From contig OZ271854.1 of assembly GCA_965601925.1 (NCBI GenBank), forward strand, positions 2,048,001 through 2,112,000: a stretch of 64,000 bases of DNA, in the 5' to 3' direction. The notes under the pieces were generated by a model. That model worked only from the letters and a program-made list of their open reading frames with translations, searched no databases and was not told where the DNA came from. This document shows positions 39,371 through 48,760 of the stretch, piece by piece. The stretch's first letter is position 1. Each line of letters opens with the position of its first letter. The stretch comes from Alkalispirochaeta sp. Lineage in GTDB: Bacteria; Spirochaetota; Spirochaetia; DSM-27196; Alkalispirochaetaceae. The translations under genes and the position numbers were made by a program.

Positions 39371-39873
39371 GCACAGGCGAACGGTCGGCGTTGCGGACCG
39401 GAAAGGCGCTCCGGGATGTACGTCGATCGAGACGCTTTTGTCACAAAACGGCGGTCGTTCGACCGACAGTCTGCTCACGCTCTGCCTTGTCGTGTACTAT
39501 GCAATACGACTCGTCGCCCCTTTTCGACGGCTTTTTTTCCCGTGTCGCGCGATCCCGACGATTCGTGATGTCGGGACGGGTCGTATCCCGTTCCGAACCC
39601 CGTAAACGGGGCAATGACAAGTAGTTATCGTGCACAATCATCATTTTTGACGATGGCAAGAGTACGCCGTCACGATATGTTCCCGCGCAGGTGTCCGTGC
39701 GCTGATGCGGCGTTTCGCGCAACGATAGGCGGCCGGACACCGCGTGAAACGTGATCTATATCAGCGGATTGACGGTTTCCCTCATGGATTTACGACGGCG
39801 TGCGCGACAGCAACGCGGGCGGTGACGTACCATCGTTTCCGCGATTCGTATCATAATGCATAAGGAGAGCTTG

Positions 39874-42516
39874 GTGAGTTTGGAATCCGCCGTCCTCGCA
39901 AGGGCGGTCAGAAAAAGAATCGTCGCACACTCTCTGAGGGTAGCGCGCACGCGCCCGTGCTCCGCGAGACGAATCGGATGCTTCGCGACGGCCATGGTAC
40001 TGTGTGCCGCTATAGTTGCGGCGGAACCGATCGCCGTGGCGGTGGTCGATCGCGACCTGGAGATACCGCTTGAGGGAGTTGTCGTGCGCGATCCCGCCAC
40101 GGGGGTGCAGGTCGTGACCGACTTTGACGGTCTCGCGGTGCTCGATACCGAAATACCGCCCTCCGGGCGTGTCGTAGTCGAGTTTTCTCTAATCGGATAC
40201 GAGCCGACGAGACTGTTGGTTCGTCCGGAGGATCGCGCGCAGACGGTCGTCGTTGAGATGGTCATCCAAGGGCTGTTGATCGCCGATGAGCTGGTGGTCG
40301 AGGCGCCCTCGATCGGTACCTCCGACGCCCAGACCGGTGTATCGGTCGTCGCCGAGCGAGAGTTGATCAAGACCACGGCCATGATCGGGCCGATCGAAGA
40401 TGTAATGAATACCGTCAAGGTTCTCCCCGGAGTCACCTACGCCGGGAGTTTCAACTCTTTTCTCTCCGTGAGGGGCGGTGATCCGGGGGGACTGACGCAC
40501 GTGCAGGACGGGCTTGTTATCAAGTTTCCCTACCACTGGGGCGGCGGTGTCTCGATCTTCAACCCCCATATGGTAGAGAGCGTCAAACTTTCGGCGGGCA
40601 TCTTCCCTGTGCGCTACGGACAGGCGACCAGCGGGTTGATGGATGTGGCGAGCGTCAATCCTACCGAGGGATTCCGATGGTCGTTTGCGCAGTCGACGAG
40701 CACCTTAGAGGGATACGTTCAAGTTCCCCTCGGTGAAGAGGAGCGAAGCGGTCTTCTTCTCGGGACGCGACTCACCAACTATGACCTCGTCTTCGCCATG
40801 ACCGGTTCGATACTGGAGGACCAGGGTATCACTTTTTCACGGGTACCCTATATCTATTCGGCGTACGGACGCTTCTTTTCGCGTCCCGACGATCGCACGC
40901 GCATATTCGTCAACACCTTTCTCGGCACCGACGGTATCGGGGTGGCGGCGGTCGATCCCGATATCGATACCTCGACCGAGATCTCCGATTCGTTCGATTT
41001 CTTCTGGGAGAACCGAGTCGGATTCGTCGGCAGCGGTGTGAGCCGTCTCGTCGGCGATCGACTCCTGGTGGAGGCGCTGTTCGGCTACGAGGATTGGACG
41101 GCCACGACCGACGCCGAGTTGGGGGAGCAGGGCACTCGGATGTACTCCGACGACTTCATCGCCACGTTCGGGTCCGGTCTCGGATTGTCTTCCGGCGACA
41201 CGTTTTCCGTCGACGCGCGGAGCGACTTCGTGAGCGAGGTGACTCTGCGCCACCTCCAGGGACGCCTGGACTCAGACTACCAGCTCTCGGAGCGCTCGAT
41301 CATACAGACCGGCGGCGGGGCGTTCGTGTCGCTGACGAGTTTCGACGCCGACGGAGAGATATGGGCCTTCGTCTTCGATGAGACCGGAGAGGCGTCGTAT
41401 CGGCGCGTCGATTTCGACGATGCGGCGCCGGACAATCGCTCGGCAGTGAGCTTTGCCTACACCAACTGGATCCATACGATTCGTCCCGATCGTCTGGAGG
41501 CCGAACTGGGGGTGCGCGTCGACCACGGAATCTTCTACGGCGACGGGTACTCCATAAACACGATGCCGACGCCGGGCCCGCGGGCTCTCCTACGCTATAT
41601 GCCCGAGGCGCCCCGTTTGGCGCCCACGGTTACATGGACGCTCGGAACGGGGCTCTTCTCGAAGTTTCCCTTCGATTCGTCGTTTCTCTCCGAGGACAAC
41701 GATGTCGACGACTTCGAGATCGGGAGCGAGAAGAACCTCATGGGCGTTCTGGGTTGGCAGGGAATATGGGACAACGGCGTACGATTTCAGATCGAGGGTT
41801 ATTACAAGTACGTCTTCGATCGCTTCTACGTCAATCAAGCCATCGTGTCCGAGACCGACACGTCGGTCGAGTACGAACAGCGAATCTATCGCGACGGGAT
41901 CGGCCACGTGGGGGGGTTCGACTTTCTCCTCGATCGTCGTACCAGTCGCAACTGGGACGGTATGTTGAGCTACTCGTTCGTCTATGCGCGCTACCGTAAC
42001 CCCGAGGACGACGACGCCGAGCCGTTGTTCGACTCGGATCCGAGGGGGCGGTGGTACTATCCCAGTTTTCACCGCTTTCATAGCGTGAATCTCATCGTTA
42101 ACTACAGACCGACGACGTGGATGACCGTCACGACGAAGTTGACCTTCGCGACCGGCGCCCCGACGCCGCGGTTCGGCGACGCGCAGATGATTGCCGCTAC
42201 GATCGTCAACGAGGACGGGAGCCAGACGATCGCCGAGATGTACACGCGCTCCGAGTCGTACTCCGACGGCTCGCGGGATGCGTGGGTGTTGCCCCTCGAT
42301 GTGCGCGTAGCGTTTCACTGGTATCGCGAGGGCTCCCGGCGTTACAACGAGGTCTACCTCGGCGTGCAGGACGCCCTCTCACCGATCCTCGCCCGCTACG
42401 GACCCGATAACGGCGAGGTCGATACCGACCGCTACACCGGCGAGGATTCCACCGAGGCGTCGCAGCAGGGCGTCGATTTTCCGATTATCAGCATCGGATT
42501 CAGGCTGTCATTTTGA
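39874..42516 (+). CDS. TonB-dependent receptor
   Basis: Carboxypeptidase-like N-domain (TDFDG, LIGY), plug (LPGV, SVRGG, RYG), beta-barrel ending in Phe; start uncertain. Confidence 0.85.
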   Translation: MSLESAVLARAVRKRIVAHSLRVARTRPCSARRIGCFATAMVLCAAIVAAEPIAVAVVDRDLEIPLEGVVVRDPATGVQVVTDFDGLAVLDTEIPPSGRVVVEFSLIGYEPTRLLVRPEDRAQTVVVEMVIQGLLIADELVVEAPSIGTSDAQTGVSVVAERELIKTTAMIGPIEDVMNTVKVLPGVTYAGSFNSFLSVRGGDPGGLTHVQDGLVIKFPYHWGGGVSIFNPHMVESVKLSAGIFPVRYGQATSGLMDVASVNPTEGFRWSFAQSTSTLEGYVQVPLGEEERSGLLLGTRLTNYDLVFAMTGSILEDQGITFSRVPYIYSAYGRFFSRPDDRTRIFVNTFLGTDGIGVAAVDPDIDTSTEISDSFDFFWENRVGFVGSGVSRLVGDRLLVEALFGYEDWTATTDAELGEQGTRMYSDDFIATFGSGLGLSSGDTFSVDARSDFVSEVTLRHLQGRLDSDYQLSERSIIQTGGGAFVSLTSFDADGEIWAFVFDETGEASYRRVDFDDAAPDNRSAVSFAYTNWIHTIRPDRLEAELGVRVDHGIFYGDGYSINTMPTPGPRALLRYMPEAPRLAPTVTWTLGTGLFSKFPFDSSFLSEDNDVDDFEIGSEKNLMGVLGWQGIWDNGVRFQIEGYYKYVFDRFYVNQAIVSETDTSVEYEQRIYRDGIGHVGGFDFLLDRRTSRNWDGMLSYSFVYARYRNPEDDDAEPLFDSDPRGRWYYPSFHRFHSVNLIVNYRPTTWMTVTTKLTFATGAPTPRFGDAQMIAATIVNEDGSQTIAEMYTRSESYSDGSRDAWVLPLDVRVAFHWYREGSRRYNEVYLGVQDALSPILARYGPDNGEVDTDRYTGEDSTEASQQGVDFPIISIGFRLSF

Positions 42517-42524
42517 GGTGTGTG

Positions 42525-43331
42525 ATGTTGCGAGTACATTCGGTGTGTCGTCGGACGATAACGAGCCGCTTACGATCGGTTCTCATTGGCGTTGTGTCGC
42601 TCTTGGTCGCGGGCTCGTGCGCTACCGTGGGTTATTCCACGCACGCGGAGTTCGACCACCTCGGACGGCGCCGACACGTCCGGAGCGAAGCGACGATCGA
42701 GCTCGAGGACGAGTCGTTCGTGCTCACCTCCCCGTGGCTTCCCGGCGTCGCCGTCCGCGGTGAATTGCGGCGAGAGGCGCCGACGAGGTGGACCGGCTAT
42801 ATCGACGAGGTGGAGGTCGTCGCCAATTGGTCCAACGGGTGGACCTACGCCCTCCTCGACGCATCGGGAACGCTCTCGATCGAGGGGCGTACCGAGTCCT
42901 CCGAGGGGCTGCCGCGACGCGTCACGGTCGACCTCGTGGACACGATCGATCTATGGACGCTTAGGAACGGTGAGATTCGGTATTTTGACGACTATATCCG
43001 CGGCGAGGAGGGGCTGGCGCGGGTGCAGGCGCGTCTGGATCGCACCGAGGCGTACGCCGAATGGCTCCGGGATCATCGCGAGGGGCGCAGTACGATGCAG
43101 ATCGGTCACGCTCGCCGTGACGGCGCCTACGGGGAGTCTGCGGTCGAGCGCATGGAGAACGCCCTGGAGCGGGCCGAAGAGGCCGAGCCCGACTGGATGG
43201 TGCCGCTTCTGGAGAGCGGTACGGTAGAGCGAGATCTTTTGGAGAGTGCGCAGCTCATTCAGTTTTTCGTAAATGTTCCGTATATAGAGAGCTCCGTCCT
43301 CGACGGAGAGATGGTGTGGGAGAGGTACTGA
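42525..43331 (+). CDS. Hypothetical lipoprotein in the TonB operon
   Basis: LLVAGSC lipobox-like; coupled to neighbours. Confidence 0.6.
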   Translation: MLRVHSVCRRTITSRLRSVLIGVVSLLVAGSCATVGYSTHAEFDHLGRRRHVRSEATIELEDESFVLTSPWLPGVAVRGELRREAPTRWTGYIDEVEVVANWSNGWTYALLDASGTLSIEGRTESSEGLPRRVTVDLVDTIDLWTLRNGEIRYFDDYIRGEEGLARVQARLDRTEAYAEWLRDHREGRSTMQIGHARRDGAYGESAVERMENALERAEEAEPDWMVPLLESGTVERDLLESAQLIQFFVNVPYIESSVLDGEMVWERY

Positions 43332-43332
43332 T

Positions 43333-43974
43333 ATGGATATGACACTGAGAGATCTATTCGAGCTCGGCGGCTGGGCGATGTGGCCGCTTCTTGTCTTCTC
43401 GGTCGCGACGTTGTCGCTCATCCTGGAGCGCGCGCTGTTTCTGATAAGTCATCGTATGAACGTGTCCCGTCTTCGTTCCGAGGTGTCAGGTGCCCTCACC
43501 GACGGGGGCGTGGCGGCCGCGTTTGAGGTGTGCGATCGGCACGGCGCGCGCATGCTTGCCGTGCCCGTCTTTCGTGCCGCCCTCGCCGCCGCATCCTTCG
43601 GCGAACGGCGTATCGAACGGGCGATCGAGACCGCCGCCGGAGAACGCATCCACACGATCGAGCGCGGCTTCGACCTGTTGGTTGCCCTCGGTTCGATCGC
43701 GCCGATTACCGGCTTTTTGGGAACCGTTTCGGGAATGATTGCCGCATTCAATTCCATTGCCAACGCGGCGGATATTAACGCTCAGCTCGTGGCCGGCGGT
43801 ATCTTCGAGGCGCTGATCACTACCGCGTACGGGCTGGCGATCGCGATCGTCGCCATTACCGCCTACAACCTCTTCGCCCACTTCGCCGATCGATTCGCCG
43901 CAGAGTTGGAAGAGGGAGGCAATGAGTTGGTGACGTCCCTCATCGCGGGAAGTATCCAGCGGTCGCCGGCGTGA
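43333..43974 (+). CDS. exbB: MotA/TolQ/ExbB proton channel
   Basis: APITGFLGTVSGMI, GGIFEALITTAYGL. Confidence 0.93.
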   Translation: MDMTLRDLFELGGWAMWPLLVFSVATLSLILERALFLISHRMNVSRLRSEVSGALTDGGVAAAFEVCDRHGARMLAVPVFRAALAAASFGERRIERAIETAAGERIHTIERGFDLLVALGSIAPITGFLGTVSGMIAAFNSIANAADINAQLVAGGIFEALITTAYGLAIAIVAITAYNLFAHFADRFAAELEEGGNELVTSLIAGSIQRSPA

Positions 43975-44384
43975 TACGGTTGCAGCGAGCGCGCCGTCGC
44001 GGTATCGACGCCGCCGACTCCGGCGCGTTGAGCGACCTCGCTTTTTTGCTCATCATCTTTTTCATCGTGATCGCCGTGTTCAATATCAACAGCGGATTTC
44101 TCCTCGGTATTCCCGCCCAAGACTCGCAACGCCTCGTCGAGACGGCTGATCTCGCACGCGTGACGATAACGGCGGACGGGGGATATCGTCTCGACGATAT
44201 CGTCGTAACGGAAGAAGAGCTGACGACCTCCGTAACGGGTCAGCGTCTCGGAAGGCCGAATATGACGCTGATGGTGCGAGTCCATCCGGAGGCGCCGTAC
44301 GGTGCGGTGGTACGTACTATTCAACTCGTACGAGAGGCCGATGTGGACAACTTCTCGTTCGGTCTCCTCGAGGAGGAGCAATGA
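43971..44384 (+). CDS. exbD: Biopolymer transporter ExbD
   Basis: DLAFLLIIFFIV, APYG. Confidence 0.88.
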   Translation: MIRLQRARRRGIDAADSGALSDLAFLLIIFFIVIAVFNINSGFLLGIPAQDSQRLVETADLARVTITADGGYRLDDIVVTEEELTTSVTGQRLGRPNMTLMVRVHPEAPYGAVVRTIQLVREADVDNFSFGLLEEEQ

Positions 44385-44794
44385 AGATCCGCACCCCTCG
44401 GCGTCGTCGACCGATCGTACCGATTAACGCGATGTCGGATATCGCATTTCTGCTGTTGATATTCATTATGCTGATCTCCCTCATCAACTATCGCCGGGAG
44501 ATTCCGATCGAGTATCCCGAAGCGCGGATGACCGAAGTCACGCAAGCCGACGCCAACCTCGAGATTTGGATCACGGAACGGGGGGCGTTCTTCGTCGACG
44601 GAGAGGCGCTGACACCGGGTGAGATCGAACGGGTCATCGCCGCTGAGATCGCCGCCGATCCGGCCACGCGTATCCATGTTCTGGCGGATCGGAATACACC
44701 GTATCGCCACGTCGACCGCGTCATGGCGACGCTTCAGCTGTTGCAGCACCGCGTCGTATCGCTCGTGGTGCGGGAGCCGGAGGGTTCGCGATGA
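44381..44794 (+). CDS. exbD: Biopolymer transporter ExbD (second copy)
   Basis: MSDIAFLLLIFIM, ADRNTPY. Confidence 0.9.
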   Translation: MKIRTPRRRRPIVPINAMSDIAFLLLIFIMLISLINYRREIPIEYPEARMTEVTQADANLEIWITERGAFFVDGEALTPGEIERVIAAEIAADPATRIHVLADRNTPYRHVDRVMATLQLLQHRVVSLVVREPEGSR

Positions 44795-45390
44795 AGCGCA
44801 TCATCATTCTTCTCGTGGTACTCGGTCTGCACGCGGCGGCGTTCCTTACCGTCACGATTACGACCGCCGCTCGTCAGGAACGCGAGGACACGACGATCTT
44901 CAAGCTCGTGGACGTCACGGAGGTGCAGCCGCCGCCGGCCGAGCCGCCTCCCCCACCTCCGCCGGAGGATATACCGCCGCCTCAGGAGACGATCGCCGAA
45001 GAGGTGATCGAGACCGAGGAGCCGGTTCCCGAGTCGGTCGATGAGCTCGCGGTGCGTGAGCCGGTGGCGGTGCGGCGGGGCGTGGAGATCGAGTATCTTC
45101 CACAACATATGGTCTCCGTTCCGCCGGGTATCTCGGTAGAGGCGGTCCGCTCCCGAGTCCGCTATCCACCCTTGGCGCAACGGCAAGGGATCGAGGGTGT
45201 CGTCTATCTCGAACTCTACATCGACGATGAAGGACGCATACGCCGCGTGGAAGTTCTACGAGATCCCGGCTACGGGCTCGGCGAGGCGGCCGTCGAAGCG
45301 TTCGACGGCCTCACCGCCACACCGGCATTCGCCAATGGAGAGCCGGTCGCGGTGCGATTTCGATATCCCGTGCGGTTCTCGTTGCGCTGA
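44791..45390 (+). CDS. tonB: Energy transducer TonB
   Basis: N-terminal TM, Pro-rich linker, YPPLAQRQGIEG, PVRF. Confidence 0.92.
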   Translation: MKRIIILLVVLGLHAAAFLTVTITTAARQEREDTTIFKLVDVTEVQPPPAEPPPPPPPEDIPPPQETIAEEVIETEEPVPESVDELAVREPVAVRRGVEIEYLPQHMVSVPPGISVEAVRSRVRYPPLAQRQGIEGVVYLELYIDDEGRIRRVEVLRDPGYGLGEAAVEAFDGLTATPAFANGEPVAVRFRYPVRFSLR

Positions 45391-45493
45391 CGGACGCACG
45401 TATCGTCCCATTGGGCTGCGCTTGCACGCGCTTCCTGCTAATCTCTTGGCTCGAATGTGCCGACATTGAAGAACGTCACCGGGAGGTAGCAGT

Positions 45494-47869
45494 TTGAAAC
45501 GCGTTTGTTCCGTGCTAGCACTACTCATGTTGGTGAGCCTCGCGCCGTACGCGCAGGTTCATTTCGGCGATCTCGATCTCAACGCTTCCAGCGAGCTCCT
45601 TTTTTCGGCGACGAGCGAGGTTCCGGGGCTCGGCGAGTATCGTACCCTCTTTCTCGCCGATATTCCGGCCGCCGAGCTACGCCAACTCAGTGTATTTCCC
45701 GAACGCATGCTCATTCTGAACTCTACCGGCCAGATTCAGATTCAAAATCGTTTCGGTGTGTTTCGTAACGCGATCGCCGGCCCCGTGGGCGACGTACCTA
45801 CCCCCATTGAGGCCGAGGACGGCATTGTCGTCGGTCCACCGCGGCCCCGCCCCGCCTTTGAGGCGGTGCGTTCGTTTCCCGCCTTCGTACGCGGCAACGA
45901 GATACAGACGGGCAAGACCATCGCGGTGAGTTCGAGCCCCGACGGCGGCTATCTGACCTACATGGTTGCGACCTCGCCGGGGTATGGAGAGATCCGTCTC
46001 TTCGATACGGTGAGCGAAGAGGAAACGACGGTGAGTCGCGACGTCGAGTTGGCCCTCGACGAGCCCCCGCTTAGATGGTCCGACGATTCGAGCTTCTTCG
46101 TCTACGATAAGGGAAACGAGCTGTACTATTTCTCGTTGGAGCAATACACCGCCGGGCGAACGCTGAACGAGACGCTGCGTCACATCGGCCCCGGCACCCT
46201 GGCGGGCACCCAATGGCGTGAGAATACGCTCTATTACGTGAGCGGATCGTTGGTCTATCGCATCCTCGGGGTCGAGTTTTTTGCCCGCTCGCTCTACCAA
46301 GATCTCCTGACCATCGGCACGATCGTCGGAAAGCTCCCGCACGCCTTCGATCCGAATTTCGACGACTTTTGGATCTCGCCGGACGGACAGAAGATCCTCG
46401 TCGTAACGGAGGGACGGGGAGCGAACGTCTTTTTTCTGCAGGCCGACGACTATCTGTCGACCGGCGATACCCTTTCGCTGCCCTATCTGTACCTTCCGCG
46501 CAACACCCGGGTGCGCACCGTTTTGTGGTCGCCCGGCGACGTCGTGACGCTCCTGGCCGGAAGTATTCGCCACGGCGAATCGAGTACCTCGGTGTATCGC
46601 ATCGACCTGAGCGACGAGGAGACGCGTAGTCGGTTCGTCGAGACCTCCGATGAGGGCGTGCTCGGCATTGAGCTCTCTCCCGACGGACGTCGTGCACTGG
46701 TGTGGACCGACGACGGCGCATCGATTCGGCGCTATGTCGACTGGGAAGAGGAGCGCTTCATCGAGCACCCCGGTGTCGTTCACGCTCAGTGGTACGATGC
46801 GACGACGATCGTGATCGCGGGCCGTCACATCGTGGAGCGCATCGACCTGTCGGGGCGCGGTGAGACGGGGCGGGAGCTTCTGACGTTGAGCAGCGTCGAA
46901 GATTTCGGATACACTGTGGATGGATCGGTCATACGAGCACGCTCCGGCGGCACGTTGTACGAGTTTTCCGAGGACGGCTGGACATCGGTCGAGGCAGACG
47001 AGTTGGGCGTTGCCGAGGCGGGAGTCGCAAGCGACGAACACCGCGTCTACCTCGAGAATCTTTCGCGAGGCAGTTACCGCAACATGGTGATGGTCCGTAA
47101 TATTGCATCGTTCGGCACGGTGCCGCTCTTCCCGCGTCCGCAACGCCAGTACGAGGCTTTTCCCGATCGCGATGAGCCGGTTGATCTCACCAACTTCTCA
47201 CACGGATCGCGTATTCGTAGGAGAGAGGTATCATTGGTGTTCAACGCGATCGACTCGGTGGCGGGACTCACGGAAGTGCTCAATACCCTGTCGGAGTACG
47301 ATGTTCGTGCTACCTTTTTCCTCAATGGAGACTTCATTCGACGCCATCCCGGTGCAGTGCGTGAAATCGCCGATAGCGGGCACGAGGTCGGGAGTCTCTT
47401 TTACACCTATTTCGATATGTCAAGTAGCCGATTTCAGATCAACGCGGAGTTTATCAAGCAGGGACTCGCGCGCAATGAGGACGAGTACTTCGACGTGACC
47501 GGCCGAGAGCTGTCGCTTCTGTGGCACGCGCCGTTCTACTTCGTCAGTCCGATTATCATCGCCGCATCCCGACAGATGAACTATGCTTATATCGGGCGCG
47601 ACGTGGACAGCCTCGACTGGGTACCGAAGCGCGACGAGAACGGGGTTTCGCGTTTGTACCGGCCGACTGCGCAGATCATCGAAGAGGTTATGGAGGATAA
47701 GCGGCCGGGATCCATCATCGCCATGACGATCGGGCGACCGGGCGACGACCGACCCGACGGGGGGCGCGACGACTATCTGTTTCAGCGCCTCGATGTATTG
47801 ATTAATGGACTTATTGAACGGGGATACGAAATCGTTCCGGTTTCGACCCTGATGGAAAATGCACGATAG
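45494..47869 (+). CDS. Exported protein with beta-propeller-like repeats and a C-terminal NodB/CE4 deacetylase fold
   Basis: Signal peptide; SPDG repeats; ATFFLNG, GHEVG, DSLDW, GYEIVPVS. Confidence 0.8.
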   Translation: MKRVCSVLALLMLVSLAPYAQVHFGDLDLNASSELLFSATSEVPGLGEYRTLFLADIPAAELRQLSVFPERMLILNSTGQIQIQNRFGVFRNAIAGPVGDVPTPIEAEDGIVVGPPRPRPAFEAVRSFPAFVRGNEIQTGKTIAVSSSPDGGYLTYMVATSPGYGEIRLFDTVSEEETTVSRDVELALDEPPLRWSDDSSFFVYDKGNELYYFSLEQYTAGRTLNETLRHIGPGTLAGTQWRENTLYYVSGSLVYRILGVEFFARSLYQDLLTIGTIVGKLPHAFDPNFDDFWISPDGQKILVVTEGRGANVFFLQADDYLSTGDTLSLPYLYLPRNTRVRTVLWSPGDVVTLLAGSIRHGESSTSVYRIDLSDEETRSRFVETSDEGVLGIELSPDGRRALVWTDDGASIRRYVDWEEERFIEHPGVVHAQWYDATTIVIAGRHIVERIDLSGRGETGRELLTLSSVEDFGYTVDGSVIRARSGGTLYEFSEDGWTSVEADELGVAEAGVASDEHRVYLENLSRGSYRNMVMVRNIASFGTVPLFPRPQRQYEAFPDRDEPVDLTNFSHGSRIRRREVSLVFNAIDSVAGLTEVLNTLSEYDVRATFFLNGDFIRRHPGAVREIADSGHEVGSLFYTYFDMSSSRFQINAEFIKQGLARNEDEYFDVTGRELSLLWHAPFYFVSPIIIAASRQMNYAYIGRDVDSLDWVPKRDENGVSRLYRPTAQIIEEVMEDKRPGSIIAMTIGRPGDDRPDGGRDDYLFQRLDVLINGLIERGYEIVPVSTLMENAR

Positions 47870-47874
47870 GGAGA

Positions 47875-48309
47875 ATGGCAATGGCATATCAGCAGAGTTC
47901 CGTACATGCGTATCGTCAAACGCGAGTCAAAACGGCGTCTCAAGGACGCCTTATTGTGATGCTCTACGACGAGGCGATACGTCAGATCGATATTGCGGTT
48001 AAGCATATGGACTCCGGCACCAAGCAGCTCGATCTCATCAACAATGCAGTCGTTAAGACGCAGGATATCGTCACGGAACTCATGGTCTCCCTGGATATGG
48101 ATCAGGGCGGAGAGATAGCACAGAATCTATTTCGGCTGTATATGTTCTTTAACGATCGATTAATGGACGGCAATCTCAAGAAAGACAAAGAGCCGCTCCT
48201 CGGGGTGCGCTCCATGATGATTTCCCTGCGTGACGCGTGGAAGCAGATCGAGAATACCGACGCGCCGGGCCGTCAAGCATCGACCGGCGGGATCAATATC
48301 GCGGGGTGA
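47875..48309 (+). CDS. fliS: Flagellar export chaperone FliS
   Basis: TAS..LIVMLYD, IVTELMVSLD, GGEIAQNL.RLY, LRDAW. Confidence 0.95.
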   Translation: MAMAYQQSSVHAYRQTRVKTASQGRLIVMLYDEAIRQIDIAVKHMDSGTKQLDLINNAVVKTQDIVTELMVSLDMDQGGEIAQNLFRLYMFFNDRLMDGNLKKDKEPLLGVRSMMISLRDAWKQIENTDAPGRQASTGGINIAG

Positions 48310-48328
48310 CCGCGAAAGGTTGCGGCGG

Positions 48329-48760
48329 ATGAGCTCTTTTTCTCCCGAGAGCACAACGTCCTCACCGATGGAGCGGAAGCTCCGACACCATCTTGATCGG
48401 CGGCGGCGGCACCTTGCGGCGCTCCACGATCTCCTACGGGCACAGGAACGGGCCCTCGTCGCCGGCGATATCGACACGATGGGGCATTACACAGCCTTGG
48501 AGCGCGATATACTCGACGACCTGCGGGCTCTGGAGAGCGTTATCACCTCGATGCGCGCCCTTCTACCGCACGTAGCCGCGGAGCGACTCGACGATCTCCT
48601 CACGAGCGCCTCGCAACACCAACGCCGCAATCGGGAACTGCTCGCCCATCGCATTGAGGAGACGTCTCGGGAGCTACGCCACCTTCGTATTCCGCGCGCG
48701 CCGCGGCAGGTCTACCGACGCGCACGCCACGGGGGTGCAATGGTGGATGTGACGCTTTAG
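48329..48760 (+). CDS. FlgN-like flagellar chaperone
   Basis: Helical, RRNRELL, ends MVDVTL; follows fliS. Confidence 0.55.
   Translation: MSSFSPESTTSSPMERKLRHHLDRRRRHLAALHDLLRAQERALVAGDIDTMGHYTALERDILDDLRALESVITSMRALLPHVAAERLDDLLTSASQHQRRNRELLAHRIEETSRELRHLRIPRAPRQVYRRARHGGAMVDVTL

Noticed and set aside
39371..39873. Cobalamin riboswitch before the TonB receptor
   Set aside because: The B12-box and other conserved elements were not recognisable.
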